From: Chloroflexota bacterium
Lineage (GTDB): Bacteria > Chloroflexota > Dehalococcoidia > Lucifugimonadales > JADFKI01
Reading direction: 5' to 3'
NCBI GenBank assembly: GCA_027623195.1
Contig: JAQBUT010000009.1
Span: 1 to 64,000 of the forward strand
DNA length: 64,000 nt
This document shows, piece by piece, positions 49,853 through 59,354 of this stretch. Position numbers and translations under genes: made by a program. Each line of letters starts with the position of its first letter. The stretch's first letter is position 1. The notes under the pieces are model-generated. The model did not search any database, was not told the origin of the DNA, and saw only the letters and a list, made by a program, of their open reading frames with translations.

Positions 49853-50653
49853 TCAAATTAGTTTTTCTTCGCGTAGACGTAACGCCAATTTACGACCGGC
49901 GTCCGCTTCGTCCTCGCCTTCAATGATTTCCACCCGCTTATCACTAACCGGAATGAACAGCTCAGTTAGCGTCAATCTGGGCGACAAAGATTCGGCGTCC
50001 AGGCCTAGGTCAGCCGCAGACCATATCGTAGGCGTCTTTCGGCTGGCCTGCATAATTCCACGCAAATTCGGATACCTGGGTTCCCCAAGCTCGTTGCTGA
50101 CCGTAATTACCGCCGGAAGCTGGGATTCCACAACCTCATAACCATCGGTAAGGGACCTCTGAATAGAAATCATTCCATCCGCCACGTCCACCTTCTGCGC
50201 AAGCGTGATGCTCGGCAGACCTAGTAGTTCGGCCAATCCCAACGGTACGTGGGCCTGGTCCCAATCGGAGGCTTGCCTACCACAGAGGATTAAGTCGTAC
50301 TCGCCTACCTTCTCAATGGCTTTTGCCAAGGTGGTGGCAGTGGCAAAGGCGTCCAACTCGGAGACCGATTCGTCCTGAACCAGAATCAGTTCGTCGGCAC
50401 CCATGGACAGTGGCTTTTTCATGACGTCCATAACGAAATTGTTGCCCACTGAAATAACGGTGATCTTGTCCACTTCAGTGCTGTCTTTCAAACGAAGTGC
50501 GGCCTCAACTGCGTTCTCGTCGAAGCCATTCACGACGGGAGGAATCCCCTGGGCGGGTATAACCTTGTTTGTGTCCGAATCCACCTTAAAAGCAGACGCC
50601 GGCGTCTCAGGGTCCATTACCTGCTTGACGCATACGACTATTTTAATTCCCAT
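49853..50653 (-). CDS. etfB: Electron transfer flavoprotein beta subunit
   Basis: VCVKQVMD, DENAVEAAL, GRQASD, PRYPNLRG. Confidence 0.96.
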   Translation of the reverse strand: MGIKIVVCVKQVMDPETPASAFKVDSDTNKVIPAQGIPPVVNGFDENAVEAALRLKDSTEVDKITVISVGNNFVMDVMKKPLSMGADELILVQDESVSELDAFATATTLAKAIEKVGEYDLILCGRQASDWDQAHVPLGLAELLGLPSITLAQKVDVADGMISIQRSLTDGYEVVESQLPAVITVSNELGEPRYPNLRGIMQASRKTPTIWSAADLGLDAESLSPRLTLTELFIPVSDKRVEIIEGEDEADAGRKLALRLREEKLI

Positions 50654-51321
50654 TCAATCCTCTTCCCCTATTATTGTCTCGCCAACTCTCCACCGTCATC
50701 TGCCGATTTTCAAGATCAAAACTATTACTCTAATGCCGCAACTAGGAGTCCAGGAAAATGCGACATTCAGACAGGCAAGAACTCAATTCATGTAAATGTC
50801 TAAAATCCGGCCGTTACATTGTTCTACTAAGCGTGTTGCAATGCAAGGATTTTGCCGCCAGCAACACGCAACTCGTCCCGAGGAGCATGCGTTAGTTTCG
50901 GGCTCAACAACGCTGCTGCAAGAAACATCCGGCTCAAGGAGACAGCCGTGTCCAACATTAGCACTATTGCCAATCCCCATTTCAGAGCTATTAGACTGGC
51001 CCAAAATTAGTGCCGTTCGCAGTGCGTTTCTTACGGATATCACAGGCAGAAATGGTATTAAGAACCGTCGTATGTGTCAATTGCCTGCCAGCGCCGACGA
51101 CCCTGGATTCTGGACAACCTGCCTTCCTAGAAAACTCCATGGACCCAATAAATTTCTAACGAAATTCCTTCTAAATTTTAGCTTTTTCTTGTTTTTATAT
51201 AAAAATTATCTCTTTTCCACTGCTATTGCATAGCACTAAAGGATATTCGCACAACGCACCTATCACCTCATAGCCTAATGCTGTCAAGCAATTAACGTTA
51301 CGTAAATTTCAATTTTACTGC

Positions 51322-51350
51322 TTGACTTCTTTTTATACTTTTATTAAAAT
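51322..51350 (+). promoter_or_regulatory. Near-consensus sigma70 promoter ~200 nt upstream of the double zinc-ribbon gene
   Basis: TTGACT-17 bp-TAAAAT within an AT-rich tract. Confidence 0.7.
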
Positions 51351-51558
51351 TAGCTTAGTCTTAATCACAGTTATCAACCAACTGTTGAACAGCAGATATG
51401 CACCCGATAGTTCCCCCAATAGGAATGGGTGCTGACGTCAAGACACCAGACAAATGAAAGTGCTCCCATGAGTACAACAAACGTTTCGCAATGTTTGAGC
51501 AAAAGAAAAATACTTGCTATTGGGTTAACAAGATTCAGTTAATGGGGGAGGTGTAATT

Positions 51559-52035
51559 TTGGTAAGTCCCGCAGGTGATCACAGTAGTCACTACTCACCG
51601 GCCATTGAGCCGTATCGAATCCACGGACCGGAGCTTGTTGTTACGCCCCGCCAGTTCGTCTGTCCCCGATGTGATTCGCAGCTTCGAATGAATTATAACG
51701 AACCTCAATGCCTACAGTGCGGATACGTGGATTACGAATACGCCCCTCCTGTTGATGCCAACAAGCCCAAGAGCATTCTCAGCGCCGGCACCAGGTACGT
51801 CCTCCGATACGTCGGTGATTTCACCTCGTTGGATGAGACGCTGACGTATGTGCAGCTTCGTAGAGTGAGAAACCGTGTCGTTTTCGGTGTGACATGTCCC
51901 TTTTGCCAGAGCCAGATGGATCAGTCCTCACTGTCCGGTAAACGACGAGAAGTCCGCGAGGAGCGGTACAAGTGCACCGAGGGCCACCGAGTATCGCTTA
52001 CCCCAGCGAAAAATGGCGGGCTCGGCTGGAAGTAA
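51559..52035 (+). CDS. Hypothetical double zinc-ribbon protein
   Basis: CPRC...CLQC and CPFC...CTEGH; SD GGAGGT before TTG. Confidence 0.75.
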   Translation: MVSPAGDHSSHYSPAIEPYRIHGPELVVTPRQFVCPRCDSQLRMNYNEPQCLQCGYVDYEYAPPVDANKPKSILSAGTRYVLRYVGDFTSLDETLTYVQLRRVRNRVVFGVTCPFCQSQMDQSSLSGKRREVREERYKCTEGHRVSLTPAKNGGLGWK

Positions 52036-52096
52036 ACTCACACAAATAATTGACCATTTGATGCGCCAACTTGAAGCACTTCAAACGGAAGACTAG

Positions 52097-52143
52097 AATG
52101 ACCAGGTAATTCGAGAGACCGCCTCAAATCACCTGGTCATTTT
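52097..52143 (+). terminator. Terminator hairpin after the zinc-ribbon gene
   Basis: AATGACCAGGT...ACCTGGTCATT followed by T-rich sequence. Confidence 0.65.
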
Positions 52144-52158
52144 GATTTTGGGGACTCC

Positions 52159-53028
52159 ATGCCACAGATTGCAGCCAGCTCCCTGGAACAGGGACGCAGA
52201 CCATTAATCATCTGCGACTTCTCGCCTCCACGCGGGTTCGATACGGAACTACTTGAACCAGCGCGGTTCCTGGACGTCGACTGGATATCAATTGCCTACA
52301 ACCCTGGCCGGTCTGTCAGAGTCAACTCTGCCTTCGCCGCACAGTGGGTCAAAGCCAATACCGGCAAAGACGTAGTCTTCACCCTGGCCACCAGAGACAT
52401 GAACAAGCTGGCCGTCCAAAGCCTGCTCCTGGGAGCGCAACTCCTCGGACTGGAAAACGTGGTTGTGGTCAGAGGCGACGACTTCACCGAGCGCGACCTG
52501 GCTGCGAATAAGTCCGTCAATGACTTCACTCCCAGCCAAATGATTACATCAATTGCAACCATGAACGAGGGTCTGGATTTCAAGGGGCTAAAGTTACGGC
52601 AGCCTACTAGGCTCTGCGTTGGCGCCACAATCGACATGGCTCGGGGTATGGATCGCGAACTTTTACTCACGAACAGGAAAATACGCTCCGGGGCCCAGTT
52701 TCTTATGTCCCAACCAACGTTCAGCTCCGAAACGCCTCGCATATTTCACGAGCAGTACGTTGAGCGCTTCAGGGAAGCGATCACCATTCCCATTTTCCAC
52801 GGCGTACAGGTCATGGTTCCCGAGGGCATCGCATTTGGAGACATACCCAGGTGGGTAACAGACGACCTTGCCAAGGGACGACCTGGCCGCGATGTAGCCT
52901 TACAGATTCTTGAGGATTTCGCGTCTGCAGGCCTGAATACCATCTACCTGGTTCCTCCCATCCTGCGCGGCGGCGGCCGGGATTATGAGACCACTCAGTC
53001 GGTTCTGGAAGTTGTCAGGGGCCAATAG
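52159..53028 (+). CDS. metF: Methylenetetrahydrofolate reductase
   Basis: DFSPPR, TLATRDMN, VVRGD, GAQFLMSQP. Confidence 0.8.
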   Translation: MPQIAASSLEQGRRPLIICDFSPPRGFDTELLEPARFLDVDWISIAYNPGRSVRVNSAFAAQWVKANTGKDVVFTLATRDMNKLAVQSLLLGAQLLGLENVVVVRGDDFTERDLAANKSVNDFTPSQMITSIATMNEGLDFKGLKLRQPTRLCVGATIDMARGMDRELLLTNRKIRSGAQFLMSQPTFSSETPRIFHEQYVERFREAITIPIFHGVQVMVPEGIAFGDIPRWVTDDLAKGRPGRDVALQILEDFASAGLNTIYLVPPILRGGGRDYETTQSVLEVVRGQ

Positions 53029-53222
53029 TCCATTGGGATTTACGAGAGCCTGCTCCCTGGGATGGCCTGGATTTCCTTCCAAGTATTCTGCACCAACGAA
53101 AGAAAGAAATTTGGGTTGGGGTACATGGAAATAGGCTTAGCAATAGTTAATGCGACTCGTTGACGGTACGTCTCACTCTGGCTATAATCATAGTCAAACA
53201 AGGGCTTAAGAGGTAACGGAAT

Positions 53223-53339
53223 TTGGCGAACGAAACAGGCAAAAGGTATTCTTGCTCGAAGTGCGGTTCGGAATTTGTTGTGACCAGGGGTGGTGATGGA
53301 ACCATTGTCTGCTGCACCGAACCCATGACCCAAAAGTAA
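53223..53339 (+). CDS. Desulforedoxin-like miniprotein 1, 38 aa (not in the ORF track)
   Basis: MANETGKRYSCSKCGSEFVVTRGGDGTIVCCTEPMTQK*; CxxC-x15-CC; SD AGAGGT, TTG start. Confidence 0.85.
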   Translation: MANETGKRYSCSKCGSEFVVTRGGDGTIVCCTEPMTQK

Positions 53340-53411
53340 TTGGCATTTAAAATCTGCAATGGATTGGAGTCCGTTGCGGAATTCCAACAATAATTACGAG
53401 GATTTGGATAT

Positions 53412-53555
53412 ATGGCAAACCAGCTTGGACGACGGTATCAGTGTGAGACCTGTGGATCTATGGTCCTCTGCACCAAGGCGGGAGAGGGCGTAATCCTATG
53501 CCACGATGTCGAGATGCCTGTGCAGCAGCCGCGAAAACTCCCCTCCTCCGACTAA
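53412..53555 (+). CDS. Desulforedoxin-like miniprotein 2, 47 aa (not in the ORF track)
   Basis: MANQLGRRYQCETCGSMVLCTKAGEGVILCHDVEMPVQQPRKLPSSD*; CxxC-x15-CH; SD GAGGA. Confidence 0.85.
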   Translation: MANQLGRRYQCETCGSMVLCTKAGEGVILCHDVEMPVQQPRKLPSSD

Positions 53556-53600
53556 GCAGCAGGGGTAGCTCCACTTCAATTACGCAGGGCTCACGTAAAT

Positions 53601-53879
53601 CTATTGTTGAACTGCGTTGGTCTCGGGTGCCAATTCGATATACCGCACCCTGCTAACGGCGACAAGCAGTGCTACGGCATATAGCGTCGTTAATGCAGGC
53701 ACTGCCCATGCCCCTCCCATATCCATGAGTTGACCCATTAATAACGGTCCCACCATAATCGGCAAAAAGTAGATTGGCGCCAAAGCCACACCAATAGTCG
53801 CGATGTACTTGGTACCAACGTAGTCAGCCAGCATTACCCACGGCAGAACTAACGCCGCCCCGTTGACTATTCCCAGCAT
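53601..53879 (-). pseudogene. C-terminal fragment of an MFS-type transporter
   Basis: MLADYVGTKYIATIG, MVGPLLMGQLMD resemble the last three MFS helices; upstream frame is closed by stops right after lipA. Confidence 0.55.
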
Positions 53880-53894
53880 TAGCGGCTAGGAGTG

Positions 53895-54776
53895 CTACAC
53901 TCCGACTCTTGTGGCCGCCTCGTGCTGCTCGTCTGCGTGGTAGGAGCTGCGTACAAGCGGGCCGGATGCCACGTTGCTGAACCCCATGGCATGCCCTTCA
54001 TCCTGAAGCTCCTTGAACTCGTCCGGCGTGTACCAGCGCGCCAATGGGGCGTGCTTTGGTGAGGGCCGCAGGTACTGGCCTATCGTTAGCAGATCGCAAT
54101 CCACAGATCGCAAATCGCGCATGGTTTCCAGTATCTCGTCCCAGGTCTCGCCCAAACCCACCATCATGCCCGACTTGGTGACCGAGCCTGTGGCAAGTTC
54201 TTTGGCCTTGGCCAACAACTCTAGCGACAGGTCGTAATCACCCTTGGGCCGCACTCGAGAGAAAACCCGTCGCACAGTCTCGATGTTGTGGTTGAGAGTT
54301 TCAGGCTTGGCTTCCATAACAGATGCCAACGCCGCCCAATCGCCCTGGAAGTCGGGAATCAGCACCTCGACCTTACACGTCGGCAGGCGCTTGTGTATTT
54401 GGGTGATGCACTGGGCGAATATGAACGCTCCGCCGTCTGGCAGGTCATCCCTATCCACCGAAGTAATCACGGCGTAGCGCAGACCTAGCTTATGAACCGT
54501 CTCGGCTAGCCTCAGCGGCTCCAGCGCATCGACCGTCAGTGGCCTTCCTGTATCAACAGCGCAATAAGCGCAAGCCCTTGTGCAAATATCGCCCAGGACC
54601 ATGAAGGTCGCCGTTTTGCGGTCCCAGCATTCGCCAATATTGGGACAACGAGCCTCCTCGCAAACGGTGTGAAGCCCCCCACCCTTAATAATCTGCCGAA
54701 GCTCCAGGTAGTTGCGCCCGCCAGGCGCCTTGACCTTCAGCCATTCGGGCAGTCTGCGTTGTGCTTGATCCGCCAT
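53895..54776 (-). CDS. lipA: Lipoyl synthase
   Basis: CEEARCPNIGEC, CTRACAYC, RSSY; ATG at 54776 after GGAGG. Confidence 0.97.
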   Translation of the reverse strand: MADQAQRRLPEWLKVKAPGGRNYLELRQIIKGGGLHTVCEEARCPNIGECWDRKTATFMVLGDICTRACAYCAVDTGRPLTVDALEPLRLAETVHKLGLRYAVITSVDRDDLPDGGAFIFAQCITQIHKRLPTCKVEVLIPDFQGDWAALASVMEAKPETLNHNIETVRRVFSRVRPKGDYDLSLELLAKAKELATGSVTKSGMMVGLGETWDEILETMRDLRSVDCDLLTIGQYLRPSPKHAPLARWYTPDEFKELQDEGHAMGFSNVASGPLVRSSYHADEQHEAATRVGV

Positions 54777-54948
54777 GTTGCCTCCGAGTCGCCTCAAAAA
54801 GGTACTGTCGACATGATACCAGACGCCGCCTTAACCCCTATGGAACGCGACAATACAGCGGCACCCGAACGCGGGCCAAAGCTCAAGCACTGTGATACGA
54901 TTTAACGGCCATCAGGGCCCAATTTACCTAACGGAGTACCGGTCGGAA

Positions 54949-56178
54949 ATGACGCTAACCAGCAGCCAAGACACCGCAGAACAGCAAGAAATGGCTCAGC
55001 TGGATTTGACCGGTTGGGGGACTCTGGGAGACGCGCTTGCGCAGTTCGAAGACGGCCCCATCAACGTCTTCGGCGGTATCCCTGGAGAGCGGGTGATGGC
55101 CCGCATACTGAGATACCGCCGTCGCCGCCAAGACCATGTCTCCGGTATAGTCACAGACGTTTTGTCGCCCTCACCTCATCGCGTGGAAGCTCCTTGCGGC
55201 TACTTCGGGCAGTGTACAGGCTGCCAGTGGCAACACATCGAGTACAGACACCAGCTAAAGCTAAAGCAGGACAGGGTGGAAGACAACATGTCCCAATACC
55301 CTCAACTTCAAGGCGTGGATGTTTCACCTACCATGCCCAGCCCTCAGCTTATGAACTACCGCAATCACGCTCGCTTCACCATCCGAAACCAGGGGCAGAT
55401 GGGCTTCATAAACAGGCTGAGCCGGCGTTTCGTGAAAGTGGACGATTGCATGATAATGGCCCCCTGGATAAACGAGGCCCTGGGGTCCTTGCAGGACAAA
55501 GCTTGGGAGACCACCCAGATGTCAATTCGCTACGGAGTGAACACGGGCGACTGGCTAATCCAGCCGGCACTTAAGAATCCTGAAATAACCATCGCCACAG
55601 GCCAGACTCACTACACCGAAAGGCTGATGAATCACGACTTGCGCATCGCATCGCCATCTTTCGCCCAGGTGAACACTCCACAGACCGAGCAGATGATGGG
55701 CCTGGTCCGCGAGCGGCTGCACCTGACAGGACAAGAGCTTCTCATAGACGCATACGCCGGTGTCGGCACTTTCGCTGTGCTTCTGTCGTCTTCAGTTCGT
55801 AAAGTTATAGCTATTGAAGAATCTGCTGCGGCTGTAAAAGATGCTGCCGTTAATACGGAGGGCATCGAGAACCTGGAGTTCATCGAGGGACGAACGGAAG
55901 AGGTACTGAAAGAGCTTGGCAAAACGCCCGACGCAGTTATCCTGGACCCGCCACGCGTGGGGTGCCATCCGGACACTTTGACGGCGCTGGTGCGGTATCC
56001 AGCAAAACGAATTGCCTACGTTTCCTGCGACCCGGAAACCTTGGCGCGAGACCTGGCAATATTGGTGGATGGCGGGTACGAAGTCGAGTCGGTGGAACCC
56101 ATCGATATGTTTCCGCAGACGCACCACGTCGAATGCCTAACGGTATTGAAGCATGGCGTTAAAGGCGGGTCCGAATGA
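54949..56178 (+). CDS. rlmD: RNA (uracil-5)-methyltransferase, RlmD/TrmA family
   Basis: CGYFGQCTGCQWQH, SFAQVN, DPPR, YVSC, DMFPQTHHVE. Confidence 0.9.
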   Translation: MTLTSSQDTAEQQEMAQLDLTGWGTLGDALAQFEDGPINVFGGIPGERVMARILRYRRRRQDHVSGIVTDVLSPSPHRVEAPCGYFGQCTGCQWQHIEYRHQLKLKQDRVEDNMSQYPQLQGVDVSPTMPSPQLMNYRNHARFTIRNQGQMGFINRLSRRFVKVDDCMIMAPWINEALGSLQDKAWETTQMSIRYGVNTGDWLIQPALKNPEITIATGQTHYTERLMNHDLRIASPSFAQVNTPQTEQMMGLVRERLHLTGQELLIDAYAGVGTFAVLLSSSVRKVIAIEESAAAVKDAAVNTEGIENLEFIEGRTEEVLKELGKTPDAVILDPPRVGCHPDTLTALVRYPAKRIAYVSCDPETLARDLAILVDGGYEVESVEPIDMFPQTHHVECLTVLKHGVKGGSE

Positions 56179-56197
56179 CCGCCGGTTTGATCGCACA

Positions 56198-56878
56198 ATG
56201 AACACACCCGTCGGCAATCCCAATCGAATGCGCATTGCCCTGGCCTCTGGTTCTCCAAGGCGACGGGAAATCGTCAAGGCGCTGGACGCTGCCGTGGATG
56301 TCATTGGCTCCAACGGTGAAGAGCCTTCGCCCGAATCGGGTGAATCGCCATCCGAGTACGTGCAGCGATTGGCAGAGCTTAAGGCTCGTGGCTCAACCCC
56401 GTCAGAGGACCAGACCATAGTTATTGGCGCGGACACGTCGGTGGTTCTGGACGGCGCAATCCTAGGCAAGCCTGAGGACAACGCAGAGGCAGAGGTGATG
56501 CTCAGAGCGCTTCGCGGACGGATCCACGGAGTTATAACGGGGGTTGCCGTGCTCAATACGGCCACCGGCATTTGCAGGACCATTTCCAGGTCCAGTGACG
56601 TCCACTTGCGGCAGTATACGGACGAGGAGATGCTGGCCTACATCGCGTCGGGTGAGCCTATGGACAAAGCTGGGGCTTACGCCGCGCAGGACCAGAACTT
56701 TCGACCTGCGATACGCATAGTTGGCTGCTACCTCAACGTGGTGGGGCTTCCACTATGCGACACCATATCTCTGTTGAGTAAAATGGGTGTAGAGGCAGCC
56801 ATAAGGAAGCAGTGGAAGATTCCCGAAGAGTGTGAAAACTGTGAGCTGTCGTACGCGGTGAGGGGTCAGGACAGGTGA
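56198..56878 (+). CDS. maf: Maf-family nucleoside triphosphate pyrophosphatase
   Basis: LASGSPRR, GADT, LGKP, DKAGAY, NVVGLP. Confidence 0.93.
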   Translation: MNTPVGNPNRMRIALASGSPRRREIVKALDAAVDVIGSNGEEPSPESGESPSEYVQRLAELKARGSTPSEDQTIVIGADTSVVLDGAILGKPEDNAEAEVMLRALRGRIHGVITGVAVLNTATGICRTISRSSDVHLRQYTDEEMLAYIASGEPMDKAGAYAAQDQNFRPAIRIVGCYLNVVGLPLCDTISLLSKMGVEAAIRKQWKIPEECENCELSYAVRGQDR

Positions 56879-57294
56879 ATTTTTTAGGCATCGGTCCACC
56901 GGAACTAATCGTCGTCCTACTGGTGGCATTCATATTTTTAGGCCCGGAGCGCATGGTGGAGGTCGCCAGATTGTTTGGCCGGCTTACCCGTGAGGTCCGC
57001 AAGATGACTGCTGATGTCCGTGATTTGGTGGACGTAGACGAGTTAACGAAGCCACGCCCAACCGGCAAAACCGACCAGCAAGACTCCCGGCCAAACCAGG
57101 CCGATACTAACCAACTGGCTGCCCCTGATGCCAGCGCGGCTGCAAACAGCCCCAGCGCCCCTGCCGAGTCTGATGGTCCGGTCTCTTTCAAGAGCGCCAG
57201 GGAGCTTCATCGCGAAAACGTGGAAGAACAGGCCGATCAGCAAGACGCCCTGCCCCCTGAATCACAGGCCGACTCATCAGAGGAAAGGTCTTGA
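56875..57294 (+). CDS. tatB: Tat translocase TatB/TatA-family subunit
   Basis: IGPPELIVVLLVAFIFLGPERM; upstream of tatC. Confidence 0.85.
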   Translation: MNFLGIGPPELIVVLLVAFIFLGPERMVEVARLFGRLTREVRKMTADVRDLVDVDELTKPRPTGKTDQQDSRPNQADTNQLAAPDASAAANSPSAPAESDGPVSFKSARELHRENVEEQADQQDALPPESQADSSEERS

Positions 57295-58067
57295 ACCAGG
57301 AAAGCCTAACCTCAATTCAAGAACATCTGCTGGAGTTGCGAAGGCGTCTGTTCTACTCGTCCATCGCCATCGTAATCTGCACAGGGGTGGCATTCGCCTT
57401 CCACCAGCAAATCCTCATATTGCTAATGGTGCCCGCTGGAGGATTCCAGGATATTCCAGGCGGCAAACCCATCGCCACTGAGATAACCGAGTTCGTCAGC
57501 ACGGCCATGAAAGCCTCATTAATGGTTGGGATATTCGTTTCATTCCCATTCGTTTTTTTCCAGCTGGCGATGTTCGTTTCACCTGGCCTTACGCGGTCGG
57601 AAAGGCGATACCTGTTTGCTCTTTTACCGGTGGCTATCCTAGTTTTTCTCCTAGGGGCCGCCTTCGGCTACAAGATTCTTATCCCGCCAATGGTCACGTT
57701 TTTGCTGAACTTTGGTAACGAAGTGGTGACCCCTCAGATTCGTATAGGTCGATACGTCAGTACAGTGCTATCGCTGCTTATATGGTTGGGCGTACTGTTC
57801 GAAACCCCTGTGGTGCTCTTCTTCCTGGCGAAAATAGGCCTTGTCACACCGAGATTCCTACTTACCAACTGGCGGTATGCCCTGGTCGTTTCTTTCGTTC
57901 TTGGGGCCATTATCACGCCTAGCATCGACCCGGTAAACCAGGCAATAGTAGCGTTTCCTATACTGGGGCTTTACATCGCAGGCATAGGCATGGCGTGGAT
58001 CGGGACGCGGGGACGCACCAAGGGCCGGTCTGCCGAACTTGGCCTCGATACCACTACTGAGGACTGA
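57291..58067 (+). CDS. tatC: Tat translocase TatC
   Basis: EHLLELRRRL, FVSPGLTRSE, FETP, AIITPSIDP. Confidence 0.95.
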   Translation: MNQESLTSIQEHLLELRRRLFYSSIAIVICTGVAFAFHQQILILLMVPAGGFQDIPGGKPIATEITEFVSTAMKASLMVGIFVSFPFVFFQLAMFVSPGLTRSERRYLFALLPVAILVFLLGAAFGYKILIPPMVTFLLNFGNEVVTPQIRIGRYVSTVLSLLIWLGVLFETPVVLFFLAKIGLVTPRFLLTNWRYALVVSFVLGAIITPSIDPVNQAIVAFPILGLYIAGIGMAWIGTRGRTKGRSAELGLDTTTED

Positions 58068-58073
58068 TAACAA

Positions 58074-58105
58074 AAGAATCCCGGAGATTTATCTCCGGGA
58101 TTCTT
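58074..58105. terminator. Bidirectional terminator between tatC and tatA
   Basis: AAGAATCCCGGAGAT/ATCTCCGGGATTCTT inverted repeat. Confidence 0.85.
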
Positions 58106-58132
58106 GCTTGCTCTTCTAATTTGTGTGGAGGA

Positions 58133-58357
58133 CTACGCCGGGGTGTTAGGCGCTTTCTCCTCAGACTTTTCGACCACAGCCTCGGATACAGCCGGTGCAG
58201 GGGCTTCATCATCCTCGTTCTGTGACTTACGAAACTCCCGGATGGCCTTGCCCATGGTCTGGCCCACCTGAGGAAGCTTGCCTACGCCGAATATCATCAT
58301 CACGATGACCAGCACTATGATCAACTCTAGAGGCCCAATTCCCCTCAAAAAACCCAT
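58133..58357 (-). CDS. tatA: Tat translocase TatA
   Basis: IGPLELIIVLVIVMMIFGVGKLPQVG...IREFRK. Confidence 0.93.
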   Translation of the reverse strand: MGFLRGIGPLELIIVLVIVMMIFGVGKLPQVGQTMGKAIREFRKSQNEDDEAPAPAVSEAVVEKSEEKAPNTPA

Positions 58358-58432
58358 CGCTAACCATCCGCATTCTACTAACGCCTGATTGCGTCTTTAA
58401 CTTGTAGTTTAACTAAAACCTTAGACGCTAAA

Positions 58433-58461
58433 ATCATAGCCTTATTTGGGGTTTACGTCAA
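58433..58461 (-). promoter_or_regulatory. Sigma70-type promoter of tatA
   Basis: TTGACG-17 bp-TATGAT. Confidence 0.7.
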
Positions 58462-58592
58462 TGCGAGGGTCGCCGTGAGTCCAATCAAATATGCTATAAT
58501 TCGCAATGTTTTGAGTGGCTATGGCCCGCTTAATACCGCCGGTGACATCCGGTTTCCGCAAACCCCACTCTCATACCCAGGAGGAAGGCTGA

Positions 58593-59291
58593 ATGGCTGA
58601 AGACAGCCGTAGACAGTTCGTGAAGTTCAATTTCTTCAAGGTGGACCCCCAGTGGCGACGCCTTGATAAGAAAACCAAGGCAGACCATAAAGAAGAGTTT
58701 GCCGCCGTCGTGGATGAGACGGCCTCGACCATATTCTCCCGAACGTTCAGCCTGGTAGGCCTTCGAGGGGACACCGACTTCTTGCTGTGGCAGGCCGCAG
58801 ACGACCTCGAAAGCATCCAGGACTCGGCCACGCGAATGTGGTCTACCGGCCTGGGAGGGTACCTGACACAGCCACACTCCTACCTGGCTATGACACACAG
58901 GTCCCCTTACGTTTCGCAACACAAGCATGCAGGACAGGAAGGCACCAGCACCCGCCTTCGACCAGGCAAAGCCGAATATTTCATCGTGTACCCATTCCTA
59001 AAGACTCGCGAATGGTACCTGCTCCCGCCGGAGGAGCGGCAGCGCATGATGAACGACCATTTCAAGATAGGTCACGACTTCCCGTCCGTAAAAATCAATA
59101 CCACCTACTCCTTTGGGCTGGACGATCAGGAGTTCGTAGTGGCATTCGAGACCGATAGCCCTTCGGACTTCCTGGACCTTGTGATGGCCCTGCGTGGAGT
59201 TGAGGGCAGTCTGTACACACTTCGGGATACGCCAATCTTCACCTGCATCCACCGGTCTATAGACGACACGCTCGATAGCCTGGGCGGATAG
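58593..59291 (+). CDS. Chlorite dismutase-family heme protein, probably coproheme decarboxylase (ChdC/HemQ)
   Basis: YPFLK (Tyr/Lys of ChdC), EWY, proximal His in MNDH, FGLDDQEF; no distal Arg typical of Cld. Confidence 0.8.
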   Translation: MAEDSRRQFVKFNFFKVDPQWRRLDKKTKADHKEEFAAVVDETASTIFSRTFSLVGLRGDTDFLLWQAADDLESIQDSATRMWSTGLGGYLTQPHSYLAMTHRSPYVSQHKHAGQEGTSTRLRPGKAEYFIVYPFLKTREWYLLPPEERQRMMNDHFKIGHDFPSVKINTTYSFGLDDQEFVVAFETDSPSDFLDLVMALRGVEGSLYTLRDTPIFTCIHRSIDDTLDSLGG

Positions 59292-59301
59292 ATACGAAAA
59301 C

Positions 59302-59330
59302 AAAAAGGGGGCGATTTCTCACCCCCTTTT
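59302..59330. terminator. Bidirectional terminator
   Basis: AAAAGGGGG...CCCCCTTTT. Confidence 0.7.
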
Positions 59331-59354
59331 ACTTGAACTAAATATCACCTCAGG

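Noticed and set aside
50796..51233. 145-aa ORF, and possible oriC in the AT-rich gap
   Set aside because: The ORF has atypical composition and no motifs; no clustered TTATCCACA DnaA boxes or dnaA gene nearby.
58593..59291. True chlorite dismutase (O2-generating)
   Set aside because: Lacks the distal Arg of Cld and has the ChdC-type YPxxK motif; coproheme decarboxylase is more likely.
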